64,000 nt of DNA from an uncultured Thermoleophilia bacterium (GCA_963702475.1 CAVPCT010000005.1:416001-480000); one strand, 5' to 3'. Positions 19,594 to 28,869 are shown, numbered from the stretch's first letter. A program made the numbers and translations. Notes: a model not told the origin generated them from the sequence alone.

Positions 19594-20856
19594 ATGCTCG
19601 ACGTGAAGATGGTGCGCTCGAACCCGGACGAGGTGCGGACAGCCCTGCAACGCAAGGGCGCCGCGTCGGCCTCGTCGCTGGACGAGTTCCTCACGCTCGA
19701 GGAAGAGCGCCGCCGGCTCCTCACCGACGTCGAGTCCATGCGCGCCGCGCGCAAGCGCGCCAGCGACGGCATCGCCGCCGTCAGAAAGGCCGGCGGCGAT
19801 GCCGCTGAGGCTATCAGCGAGATGCGCGCGCTCGGCGACACCATCAAGGAGCGCGAGGTGTCGCTGGCCACCGTCGAGGAGCGGCTCAAGACCATGCTCC
19901 TCGAGATCCCCAACATCCCGCTGCCGGGCGTGCCGGACGGCGGTGAGGAGGACTCCGTCGTGCTGCGCGAGGTCGGCGAGCTCCCGCGGTTCGACTTCGA
20001 GGTCAAAGACCACCTCGACATCGGCACGGCGCTGGACATCATCGACATGGAGCGCGCCGCCAAGGTGAGCGGCTCGCGCTTCGTGTACCTCAAGGGCGAC
20101 CTCGTGATGCTGCAGTTCGCCCTGGTGCGCTACGGCCTCGACGTCATCCAGGGCAAGGGCTTCCGCCCCGTGATCCCGCCGGTGCTGGTGCGCGAGGAGG
20201 CCATGTACGGCACCGGCTTCTTCCCCACCGACCGCGCACAGGTGTACGAGACCGTGGACGGCGACTGCCTGGTCGGGACCAGCGAGGTCCCGCTGGCGGC
20301 GATGCACATGGAGGAGTTCCTCGAGCAGGAGCGCCTGCCGCTGCGCTACGCCGGCTACTCGAGCTGCTTCCGCCGCGAGGCCGGCGCCGCCGGGCGCGAC
20401 ACCCGCGGCATCCTGCGCGTGCACCAGTTCGACAAGGTCGAGATGTTCAGCTTCTGCCTGCCGGAGCAGAGCGAGGGCGAGCACAAGCTCATCCTCTCGG
20501 CGGAGGAGGAGATCCTGCAGGGCCTCGGCATCCCATACCGCGTGGTGGACATCGCCGCCGGCGACCTCGGCGCCCCGGCGGCCCAGAAGTTCGACTGCGA
20601 GGCGTGGATGCCCGGCCAGTCGCAGTACCGCGAGGTCACGAGCTGCTCCAACTGCACCGACTACCAGGCGCGGCGCCTGAACTGCCGCTACCGCACCGAC
20701 AAGGGACCGCGCTTCGTCCACACCCTGAACGGCACCGGCATCGCCGTCGGGCGCACGCTGATCGCCATCATGGAGAACCACCAGCGCGCCGACGGCAGCT
20801 TCGAAGTGCCGGAGGTCCTGCGGCCGTACATGGGCAAGGACGTGATCGGGGGCTGA
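19594..20856 (+). CDS. serS: Seryl-tRNA synthetase
   Basis: MLDVKMVR start, FRREAG...RVHQFDKVE motif 2, HTLNG motif 3. Confidence 0.97.
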   Translation: MLDVKMVRSNPDEVRTALQRKGAASASSLDEFLTLEEERRRLLTDVESMRAARKRASDGIAAVRKAGGDAAEAISEMRALGDTIKEREVSLATVEERLKTMLLEIPNIPLPGVPDGGEEDSVVLREVGELPRFDFEVKDHLDIGTALDIIDMERAAKVSGSRFVYLKGDLVMLQFALVRYGLDVIQGKGFRPVIPPVLVREEAMYGTGFFPTDRAQVYETVDGDCLVGTSEVPLAAMHMEEFLEQERLPLRYAGYSSCFRREAGAAGRDTRGILRVHQFDKVEMFSFCLPEQSEGEHKLILSAEEEILQGLGIPYRVVDIAAGDLGAPAAQKFDCEAWMPGQSQYREVTSCSNCTDYQARRLNCRYRTDKGPRFVHTLNGTGIAVGRTLIAIMENHQRADGSFEVPEVLRPYMGKDVIGG

Positions 20857-20911
20857 ACCAGCGGCGGGCGGCTGCGGCCGCGCGCCTACGCCCGGGCCGC
20901 CTCCTCGGACC

Positions 20912-20992
20912 TCAGTCGCCGGCGATCTCGTCCAGCGCGCCTGCGAAGGCCTCGAGGCGCGCAGCGGCGGTACGGAGATCGCCGGGACTCAC
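20912..20992 (-). pseudogene. 26-aa remnant, probably an internally deleted HEPN/HepT-like toxin
   Basis: GTGA-coupled to the MNT gene; MSPGDLRTAAARLEAFAGALDEIAGD*. Confidence 0.5.
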
Positions 20993-21360
20993 AGGGCCAC
21001 CCCGTGGTGCTCGACGGCGTCCCACAGGCGTTGCGTGCACGTGTCCAGGTCGACCAGGTCGAACTCGAAGTCCGCTGACAGCATCAACAGACGGTCGAGC
21101 GCCCTGTGGTGAGCCGCTCCGAGCCCTCGCGCCGCGAGGTCGATGTCCGAGTGGGCACCGAAGGGTCCGCCTTCAGCGAGCGAGCCGAACAGGAAGACGT
21201 CCGTCGCCCCGAAGCCCGCGCGGAGCACCTGGGCAGCCTCGCGAGCAAGGCGCAGTGCCGCGTCGGCGCGCACGCTTCGCCGCGCCGCCTCCTCAGACTC
21301 GCGACGGCGACGTGTGGCGCGGTACGCCGCCAGCTGCTCGGGTGTCATCTCGAGGATCAT
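20989..21360 (-). CDS. Minimal nucleotidyltransferase (MNT/MntA-like antitoxin)
   Basis: LFGSLAEG...SDIDLA...FDLVD motif. Confidence 0.88.
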   Translation of the reverse strand: MILEMTPEQLAAYRATRRRRESEEAARRSVRADAALRLAREAAQVLRAGFGATDVFLFGSLAEGGPFGAHSDIDLAARGLGAAHHRALDRLLMLSADFEFDLVDLDTCTQRLWDAVEHHGVAL

Positions 21361-21478
21361 CGTCGCGAGTAGACCGCCGCGCTCCGGACCCGCCAGTGAC
21401 CCCGAGTCAGCTCTCCCCCGTGCGGGTCCTGAGCATGGGGGCGCGGGGGCCTCGACGGCGATGACGCGTCGCCGTTGA

Positions 21479-21889
21479 CTACTCGACCGGCTCGGCCTCG
21501 CCGAACGCGGCGCTCCCGTCGGTCTCGCGCCAGGGGATCACGAAGCAGCGCACGTCCGTCTCGGGAAAGGCGTTCTCCAGCAGCACGCGCACGCGTTTGA
21601 GGTCGCGCACCAGCAGTCCCTGCTGGTCGAACCCGAAACCGCCCAGAGCGCGTTCGTACGCCTGGCAGTCCTGATGGGACACGAGGTAGATGCGGCGGAT
21701 GCCGTGCGTGTCGAGCTGCGTGCGCACGCAGCCCAGCGCCACGCGCCGCTCCGTGCCCGCCTGCGTGAACACCAGCGGGCCGCCGGGCACCAGAAGCCGG
21801 TCGGCGGCCCCTTCGCCCTCCTTCTCCTGGAGGGCGGCGAGCGAGGCGGCCACGCGGCCGTCTGAACAGGCGATGAAGAGCGCGGTCAC
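21479..21889 (-). CDS. Beta-carbonic-anhydrase-like protein
   Basis: Zn-ligand pattern CSDGR and HQDC, plus VPGG. Confidence 0.65.
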   Translation of the reverse strand: MTALFIACSDGRVAASLAALQEKEGEGAADRLLVPGGPLVFTQAGTERRVALGCVRTQLDTHGIRRIYLVSHQDCQAYERALGGFGFDQQGLLVRDLKRVRVLLENAFPETDVRCFVIPWRETDGSAAFGEAEPVE

Positions 21890-22051
21890 GGCCGGGGCAT
21901 GTCGGTGAGGGCTCCCACGGGTGGCAAGTATGCCAGATGACCGCCGTCGCTACTACTCGGCTCGCGGCGGCCGAGCGCGCGGGTCGCCCGCCGGCGACTC
22001 CCGCGGCGCGAATGGCCGCCGCACCGTCCCGGCGCTACACTGACCTTCCCC

Positions 22052-22141
22052 GGAGGGATGGCAGAGCGGTTCATTGCACCGGTCTTGAAAACCGGCAGAC
22101 CCGCAAGGGTCTCGTGGGTTCGAATCCCACTCCCTCCGCCA
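22052..22141 (+). tRNA. tRNA-Ser(TGA)
   Basis: GGAGGGA/TCCCTCC stem, CCGGT-CTTGAAA-ACCGG anticodon arm, CCA. Confidence 0.95.
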
Positions 22142-23491
22142 GCTTGCAGGGATTGTGTCCCGTTCCTGCCTCTTGAGCGACTCTCGGCGATCCGCCCTCT
22201 TCCCCACTTTCGTGCTGGAGAGATGTACTCCGCACGGGGGGCCGAACACTCGGAGACCCACTCCCATGCCTTCCTTGTGACTGCGTTGCATGGGGATCGC
22301 GGCTACTGGTACATCTCGTGGATGTGCTCCTGTCCGTTCGACAGATAGACGGAGATGAAGAAGTAACCGGTCTCATCGTGCCGGAACTCCGCGGGGACCT
22401 CATAGAAGAAGGTGCCGTCCTCGCCGCTGCCCTGGCTGAGCGGCGCACCACTGTACGGATCGAGGGGCCAGTCCTTATCGGCGATGTAGGGAGCGAGGTC
22501 TCCGCCGATATCGACATCGTTGGGCGGCTCCGTCGTGTCGGCCGTGTACTGCTCGATCGCCGCGGCAATCTGCTCGACGCCGGCGATGAGCTGCTCATCC
22601 TCGGGCGTCTCGGCCTCGGCGTCGGCCGGCGGAGTCTCCACCGGCTGTCCTCCGACGCCGAGCGTGTACGAGTCCGTCCACCCGTAGTCCACCCCGTCGA
22701 CGACCAGCCAGCATTCCTCCCACAGTGTGCCCGCGGCCTGGTCGACGGTGAGGGCGATCCTGTTGTCCGCTACGTCCGCGGCCGCGACCTCGTCGGGAGT
22801 CATCTCGGCAAGCAGCGCGATCTGGTCCGTACCCCACTCGTAGGTCATCGCGTCGCCCTCGATGACCCAGTCGGACGCCTCACCCCACTGGTCGCCGCCG
22901 GTCGTCCAGTACGCCGTGGGCCCGCTCACGATCTCGACGCTGTCTCCGCGAGGCGAGATCCACAGCCCGAGAAACGCCTCTTCGAAGGATGACTTCTCGG
23001 GAGACGACGACTGCCCTGCGACGACCTCTGGATCCAGTGAAGATGTCGCGGAGACCGGTTGATCACCGCCGCAGCCAGCTGCGAGCAGCGCCACGAGCAG
23101 CAGCACGATAAGCGCCCGCGGCGCCAGAGCGCCCGGGCGCGTGAGCCTGAGTCTCGATGTGAGGTCAGCTCGAGCTCTCGCGAGGCGCCACAAGCACGAG
23201 CCGAATCTCCCGTGATGCCTCCCTCGCCCTCCAGCCCAAGACCGATCATGAGATCCAGCCATCGCCCCTCCACCTTCGCACTTCCAGCGCTCCCCCCTGC
23301 CACAAGGCGACCCAGCCGATCTCGGCGGCTCAAAGCCTTGCGCAACACAAGCCTCTGAAGGGCCTCGTATGAGTCCTTGCCTACACCCGCTTCCATCTGC
23401 CGTCAACAATCGAGGACGAAGGAACGGGCCGCGGACTCGCAAGCCGCCAACGGGCTCGCTCGTCGGCTCGAATCCCCCTCCCTCCGCCAGC
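22111..23491 (+). mobile_element. Degenerate tRNA-Ser(TGA)-integrated islet bounded by a 33-bp direct repeat
   Basis: 22111-22143 vs 23459-23491 match at 30 of 33 nt; no integrase inside. Confidence 0.75.
22303..23262 (-). CDS. Acidic lipoprotein with a pilin/GspG-like C-terminal domain (start uncertain)
   Basis: Lipobox LAAGC; IAAAIEQY...WPLDPYSGAPL pattern. Confidence 0.6.
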   Translation of the reverse strand: MAGSHDRSWAGGRGRHHGRFGSCLWRLARARADLTSRLRLTRPGALAPRALIVLLLVALLAAGCGGDQPVSATSSLDPEVVAGQSSSPEKSSFEEAFLGLWISPRGDSVEIVSGPTAYWTTGGDQWGEASDWVIEGDAMTYEWGTDQIALLAEMTPDEVAAADVADNRIALTVDQAAGTLWEECWLVVDGVDYGWTDSYTLGVGGQPVETPPADAEAETPEDEQLIAGVEQIAAAIEQYTADTTEPPNDVDIGGDLAPYIADKDWPLDPYSGAPLSQGSGEDGTFFYEVPAEFRHDETGYFFISVYLSNGQEHIHEMYQ

Positions 23492-23507
23492 GTTACAATC
23501 GGATGTC

Positions 23508-23774
23508 ATGGCACTCGCATTCCTCTATCTCGTCCTCGCCCTGGTCGCTTTCGTCGGCGCGACCGTCGTGGCAGTCATGATCATGACGCGCATCGAAGCG
23601 CGGCGCGGTCGGCGCAGCAGGCCCGCGGACGGGGCGATGGTCTCAATGCTCCGCGGCCGCCGCCGGCGTCTGGACCGGCGGCTTGGCATCCACGAGGACG
23701 AGTCACCCGAGGCTCCACGCGCAGACGCCGAGACGGCCGAGCGGGTGGAGGAGACCTTAGGCCAGAGCGACTGA
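23508..23774 (+). CDS. Small single-TM protein
   Basis: Hydrophobic N-terminal helix; TACAAT -10 just upstream. Confidence 0.6.
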   Translation: MALAFLYLVLALVAFVGATVVAVMIMTRIEARRGRRSRPADGAMVSMLRGRRRRLDRRLGIHEDESPEAPRADAETAERVEETLGQSD

Positions 23775-23879
23775 AGACGCAGTGGCGTGGCGCCCGGCAG
23801 CGCACCTCACCCTGCGGCCGGTTCCCCTGAGGCGGACTCCTTGAAGCACACTGCCACCCTGTGCCCGCCCGGCTCGCCC

Positions 23880-24250
23880 ATGCGGAAAGCGGCCACGCGA
23901 TACGAGAGTCATCAGGTAGAGGCGCCGGCCGCCGGGCCGGTGGATGTCCGGCACCTGCTCCGGGTCCAAGGATGCCACGTCGAACCCCGCGCCATGGTCG
24001 CGCACCTCCGCCCACAGGTCCGATTCCCCGAAAGCAAGGCGCACCTCGAGGTCGCCGACCCGCCCCCCGTGCCCGCCGAGTTGGTCGTCGCCTCCTCTAC
24101 CGCGAGGGTAACGTCGCCGACGTCCGTCGGAGAGAGCGCCTGCTCGTGACCGCACGACCTTTTCACCGATTCCGCGTCCCTCGAGAGGTGCGTTCGTCCC
24201 AGCCGCAGTCGCGCCTCGCCGAACCTCCGATACCGTTCGTCGAGAGGAAC
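23880..24250 (-). pseudogene. Degraded RsbW-like anti-sigma factor (HATPase_c)
   Basis: DVTLAVEEATTN in one frame, EVRDHGAGFD...PGGRRLYLM in another; frameshift near 24075; no clean start. Confidence 0.7.
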
Positions 24251-24415
24251 GCGCGGGAGGCGCGGAGCTTGGTGCTTGTCCTCCGGCCGGTCGGGAAGCA
24301 CGAGCCCGTACGCGGCGTGGGCCGCGGGTCGACTGACCCGCGGCCCACGCCGCGTCTGCTCCCGTGCGGCCGGAACGGCGCTGCGCGCCCCGCCGGCCGG
24401 TTGCTCTTCGGCTTC

Positions 24416-25750
24416 TCAGAGCCGCGCGTAGTACTTGCGGATCTCCCAGTCGGTGACCTGCTCGCGGTACTCGTACCACTCGTTGAGCTTGTTGGTCACG
24501 AAGCGCTCGAACACGTGGTCGCCGAGGGTGCGCTTCACGAGCTCGCTGTTCTGGGTGGCCTGGATGGCCTCGTAGAGGTTGTTCGGCAGGTTGCCGAGGC
24601 CGTGCGTCTCGCGTTCGTCGGCGGTCATCTTGTAGATGTTGGGCTCCACGCTCGGCGGCAGCTCGTAGCCCTTCTCGATGCCTTCGAGGCCGGCGGCCAG
24701 CATGACGGCGAACGCCAGGTACGGGTTGGCCGCCGGGTCGGGGTTGCGGAGCTCGGCACGTACCGTGCTCTCCTTGCCCTGCACGTACAGCGGCACGCGG
24801 ATGAGGGCGGTGCGGTTGCGGTGCGCCCAGCTGATGTAGACGGGAGCCTCGTAGCCCGGCACCAGGCGCTTGTAGCTGTTCACGTACTGGTTGAGGACCG
24901 AGGTGAACTCGCGCATGTGCATGAGCTGGCCGGCGATGAAGCCCTTGGCGATGTCGCTCAGGTGGTCCGGGTCGGTCTCGCTGAACATCGCGTTGTTCTT
25001 GCCGCGGAACAGGCTCTGGTGCACGTGCATGCCGCTGCCGTTCTCGCCGTGCAGGGGCTTGGGCATGAAGGTGGCGTGCACGCCGTTGTGGGCCGCGACC
25101 TCCTTGACGATGAGGCGGATGATCATGACGCGGTCGGCCATGAGCAGCGCCTTGTCGTAGTGCGGGTCGATCTCGTGCTGCGACGGGGCGACCTCGTGGT
25201 GGCTGGCCTCCATGTGGATGCCGAGCTTGTCCAGGGTGCGCATGGTCTGCTTGCGCAGGTCGTTGCCGAGGTCGTCGGGGAGCACGTCGAAGTAGCCGCC
25301 CTCGTCGGTGAGCTCCGGGTACTCCGCGTCCTTGAAGTAGAAGTACTCGAGCTCGGGGCCGACGAAGAACTCGAGGCCCATGTCGCGGGCGCGGTCGAGC
25401 TGGCGGCGGAGCACCCAGCGCGGATCGCCCTCGAACGGCTTGAAGTTGCGGTCGAGCACGTCACAGAACACGAACGCCGTGCGCTCGTTGCCCTGCGCCC
25501 ACGGCAGCACGTGGAAGGTGTTCCAGTCGGGCATCGCCACGATGTCCGACTCCTCGATCTCGGCGTAGCCGCTGATGGAGGAGCCGTCGAAGGCGGCGCC
25601 GCTCTCGATCACGCTGTCGAGCTGGCGGTCGGGGATCTCCACCATCTTGAGGTTGCCGAGGATGTCCGTGAACCACAGCTGGATGTGCTTCACGTTCTCG
25701 TCTGCGACCGTCTTGCGGATCGTGGCCTGAACATCAGTGCTCATCGTCAT
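24416..25750 (-). CDS. glnA: Type I glutamine synthetase
   Basis: FDGSSI, HHEVAPSQHEI, ATFMPKP, NGSGMHVHQSL, NSYKRLVPGYEAP, NPYLA. Confidence 0.96.
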   Translation of the reverse strand: MTMSTDVQATIRKTVADENVKHIQLWFTDILGNLKMVEIPDRQLDSVIESGAAFDGSSISGYAEIEESDIVAMPDWNTFHVLPWAQGNERTAFVFCDVLDRNFKPFEGDPRWVLRRQLDRARDMGLEFFVGPELEYFYFKDAEYPELTDEGGYFDVLPDDLGNDLRKQTMRTLDKLGIHMEASHHEVAPSQHEIDPHYDKALLMADRVMIIRLIVKEVAAHNGVHATFMPKPLHGENGSGMHVHQSLFRGKNNAMFSETDPDHLSDIAKGFIAGQLMHMREFTSVLNQYVNSYKRLVPGYEAPVYISWAHRNRTALIRVPLYVQGKESTVRAELRNPDPAANPYLAFAVMLAAGLEGIEKGYELPPSVEPNIYKMTADERETHGLGNLPNNLYEAIQATQNSELVKRTLGDHVFERFVTNKLNEWYEYREQVTDWEIRKYYARL

Positions 25751-26180
25751 CCTCTCGGGTCGGGGGTGCGCGCGGGGCGCAACGGGGGTGGGGTGGTGCG
25801 GTGACCTCTGTGGACGCGCGCCAGGGGGGCGCGAGGGTGGTCGAGCACGCGGCTGCGCGCGACGGAAGACATGGCGGGATGCCGAGGAGCCGCCGGAACG
25901 GCGGCGTCGAAGATGCCCGCGGGCGCGGCGCTGCGGGCTCCTCGAGGATGAAGGCGGTGTCGCCTTGTGCTGATCATGCCGATCCCTCTCCTCAGAGGTG
26001 ATGCGTCTGTGCGCTGGGCGGAAGTATACGCCGCCTGGGGACTGCCGCCCAACCAGGGCCGTCCGGCGGGTGCGTCATACCCGCCGGACGGCCCCTATTC
26101 GTCTAGTTTGTGAAAGCACATACGTCAAGCTGACGCTGTCCACGATGCGGACGCACCCGACCCCATCGCGGATGCGCTGA

Positions 26181-26230
26181 TTGTGACAAACCGCACAACT
26201 GTTGCGCGGAAATACACCCTCCTGTACAGT
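26181..26230 (+). promoter_or_regulatory. Rex/CRP-FNR-like operator next to a sigma70-type promoter for the acs operon
   Basis: TTGTGACAAACCGCACAA (26181-26198); TTGCGC-N17-TACAGT (26202-26230). Confidence 0.6.
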
Positions 26231-26321
26231 CCTTGATAGCCTGAGCGGTACCCCCAGCCGTATCCCACAGCCCACGGGTGCCGCTCATCGGCCGTTTTCG
26301 ACACTTGACAAGGAGCGGTTG

Positions 26322-26645
26322 ATGGAAGAGCTGGTCCTCGCGCTACCGGGCCTGTGGGCCGACCACCACATCCTCGTCGTGCGCGACCTCCTCAAGCAGG
26401 ACGAGGCGGTCCGGATCGTCGCCGTGAGCGCGCTCGATCGCAGCGTCACCCTGACCTACGATCCCGCCCGCACCGACCCGGTGAAGATCGCCGCCCTCCT
26501 CGAAGCGGGCGGGTACCAGACCGGAGCTGCCGACGAACCGGCTCCCGCCCTCACCAGCAAGCCGGCATGGGCCACCGCCGGCGTGCGCATCACCGCCACC
26601 AACGCCGTCGACCTCGCGATGTCGGGAGACCACCGCAAGTACTGA
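26322..26645 (+). CDS. HMA-fold small protein with WADHH in place of CxxC
   Basis: LPGLWADHH...VTLTYDPARTDPVKIAALLEAGGY; AAGGAG RBS. Confidence 0.75.
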   Translation: MEELVLALPGLWADHHILVVRDLLKQDEAVRIVAVSALDRSVTLTYDPARTDPVKIAALLEAGGYQTGAADEPAPALTSKPAWATAGVRITATNAVDLAMSGDHRKY

Positions 26646-26763
26646 CGGCCGCGCCACTTCGAGCGTGTCCCTCACGAGCAGCCACGCCGCCGCGTCCGGC
26701 GCGCGGGCGCCGCTGTCCCTTCAGCGGTCGCGCCGGAGCCCCGGCGGCAGAAGGAGATGACTC

Positions 26764-28869
26764 ATGGACGATGAGAAGAACGGCGCAGCTGCCGGAAGAT
26801 CCGCCCGGAGCATCGACCCGGCGGCCATCGAGATGCTGGCCCACGCCGACGAGTGCGGCATAGGCACGGTCTTCAGCCGTGCCGGCGAGATGAAGCCCTG
26901 CCCCATCGGCGAGAGCGGCGCCTGCTGTCGCATCTGCTCCATGGGCCCGTGCCGCCTGGTCGGTAAGGACGCCGAGCAGAAGACGGGCCTCTGCGGCGCC
27001 GATCTGCCCACGATCGCGGCGCGGCACTTCGCCCGCCAGGTCGCCGGCGGCGTGGCCGCGCACTCGGACCACGGCCGCGACATGGCCATGACGCTGCGCG
27101 CGGTGGCCAAAGGCGAAGCCGCCGGCTACAAGGTCAAGGACGAGCAGAAGCTCCACACGGTCGCCGCCCACATGGGCATCCCGACCGCCGGCCGAGAGGT
27201 CAACGAGGTCGCCCTCGACGTGGCCGACAGGGCGCTCCAGCAGTTCGGCCAGCCGCACGGCGAGATCATCTACACGAAGCGCGCCACGCCCAAGCGGCAG
27301 GCGCGCTGGCGCGAGCTGGGGCTCACCCCTCGCGCCATCGACCGTGAGGTCGTCGAGGTGCTCCACCGCACCCACGAGGGCGTGGACCTGGACGCCGAGA
27401 ACATCCTCAAGTCGGCCCTGCGCTGCTCTCTGGCCGACGGCTGGGGCGGCGCCATGCTGAGCACCGACATCAGCGACATCCTGTTCGGCACGCCCTCCCC
27501 GCTCTCGAGCGAGGTCAATCTCGGCGTGCTCAAGGCCGACCAGGTCAACGTCATCGTGCACGGTCACGAGCCCACACTCTCGGCCATGCTCGTGGAGGCC
27601 GCACGCGACCCCGAGCTCATCGCCGAGGCCAGGGCCGCCGGCGCGGAAGGCATCAACCTCGCCGGCATCTGCTGCACCAGCAACGAGATCCTCATGCGCT
27701 ACGGCATCCCGGCGGCCGGCAACTTCCTCCACCAGGAGCTGGCCGTGCTCACCGGCGCCGTCGAGACCATGGTGGTCGACGTGCAGTGCATCATGCAGGC
27801 GCTCGGGCCGCTCGCGCAGCGGTTCCACACGCAGCTCGTCACCACGTCGCCCAAGGCCAAGATCCCGGGCGCGACCCACGTCGAGTTCGACGAGCACCGC
27901 GCCCCCGAGACCGCCCGCGAGATCGTGCGCATGGCCATCGCCAACTACCCCAACCGCGGGCCCATCCACATCCCCGACTACCACGAGCCGCTCGTGGCGG
28001 GCTTCAGCCACGAGTACCTCAACTACATGCAGGGCGGGTTCCACCGCGGCTCGTTCCGGCCGCTCAACGACGCCGTGATCGCCGGCCGCATCCGCGGGCT
28101 GGCCGGCGTGGTGGGCTGCAACAACGCGCGCGTCACCCAGGACGAGGGCATCGTCGAGATGATCAAGCGCTTCATCGCCGACGACGTCATGGTGGTGGTC
28201 ACGGGCTGCGCCGCCACCGCCGGCGCCAAGGCCGGGTACCTGAGTCCGGAGATCCTGGACTCGTGCGGTCCCGGCCTGCGCGAGGTGATGGAGGCCATCG
28301 GCATCCCGCCGGTGCTCCACCTCGGCTCGTGCGTTGACAACTCCCGCATCCTCACGGTGCTCACGCAGGTGGCCACCGAGGGCGGCCTCGGAGAAGACAT
28401 CGACGACCTGCCGGCCGTCGGCCTCTGCCCGGAGTGGATGTGCGAGAAGGCCATCGCCATCGGCACCTACTTCGCCGCCTCCGGCGCCCACGTCATCTTC
28501 GGCGTGAGCAGCCCGGTCGAGGCCTCCAGCGTCGCCACGAAGCTCATGACGGAGGGCTGGGAGCAGCTCGTGGGAGGCGACCTGGAGTTCATCCCCGACT
28601 GGGACCAGATGTACGCACGCTCGCTCGAGCTCATCGACGCCAAGCGCGCGGCCCTCAAGCTGCCGCAGTACGACCCCGGCCAGTTCGGGGCCAGCGGCGA
28701 CAGCCTGTTCTTCGCCGAGATCAGAAAGTACCTGGCCGAGAAGGCTCTGGAGGCAGAGCGCGGCCTGGAGACCGTCGGCTCGCCGGTGTACCCGCTCGCC
28801 GAGGGCCACTCCCACGACCACGGCGACGGCGACGGCCACGGTCACGCCCACGAGGAGGGTGAGGCCTGA
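26764..28869 (+). CDS. cooS: Anaerobic Ni,Fe carbon monoxide dehydrogenase catalytic subunit
   Basis: CPIG...CCRICSMGPC, HSDH, VHGHEP, GICCTSNE, VDVQC, VVGCNN, GSCVDNSR, EKA ligand motifs. Confidence 0.96.
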   Translation: MDDEKNGAAAGRSARSIDPAAIEMLAHADECGIGTVFSRAGEMKPCPIGESGACCRICSMGPCRLVGKDAEQKTGLCGADLPTIAARHFARQVAGGVAAHSDHGRDMAMTLRAVAKGEAAGYKVKDEQKLHTVAAHMGIPTAGREVNEVALDVADRALQQFGQPHGEIIYTKRATPKRQARWRELGLTPRAIDREVVEVLHRTHEGVDLDAENILKSALRCSLADGWGGAMLSTDISDILFGTPSPLSSEVNLGVLKADQVNVIVHGHEPTLSAMLVEAARDPELIAEARAAGAEGINLAGICCTSNEILMRYGIPAAGNFLHQELAVLTGAVETMVVDVQCIMQALGPLAQRFHTQLVTTSPKAKIPGATHVEFDEHRAPETAREIVRMAIANYPNRGPIHIPDYHEPLVAGFSHEYLNYMQGGFHRGSFRPLNDAVIAGRIRGLAGVVGCNNARVTQDEGIVEMIKRFIADDVMVVVTGCAATAGAKAGYLSPEILDSCGPGLREVMEAIGIPPVLHLGSCVDNSRILTVLTQVATEGGLGEDIDDLPAVGLCPEWMCEKAIAIGTYFAASGAHVIFGVSSPVEASSVATKLMTEGWEQLVGGDLEFIPDWDQMYARSLELIDAKRAALKLPQYDPGQFGASGDSLFFAEIRKYLAEKALEAERGLETVGSPVYPLAEGHSHDHGDGDGHGHAHEEGEA

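Noticed and set aside
22052-22141. Selenocysteine or suppressor tRNA
   Set aside because: The anticodon is TGA (reads UCA, Ser), not TCA, and the acceptor stem is a normal 7 bp.
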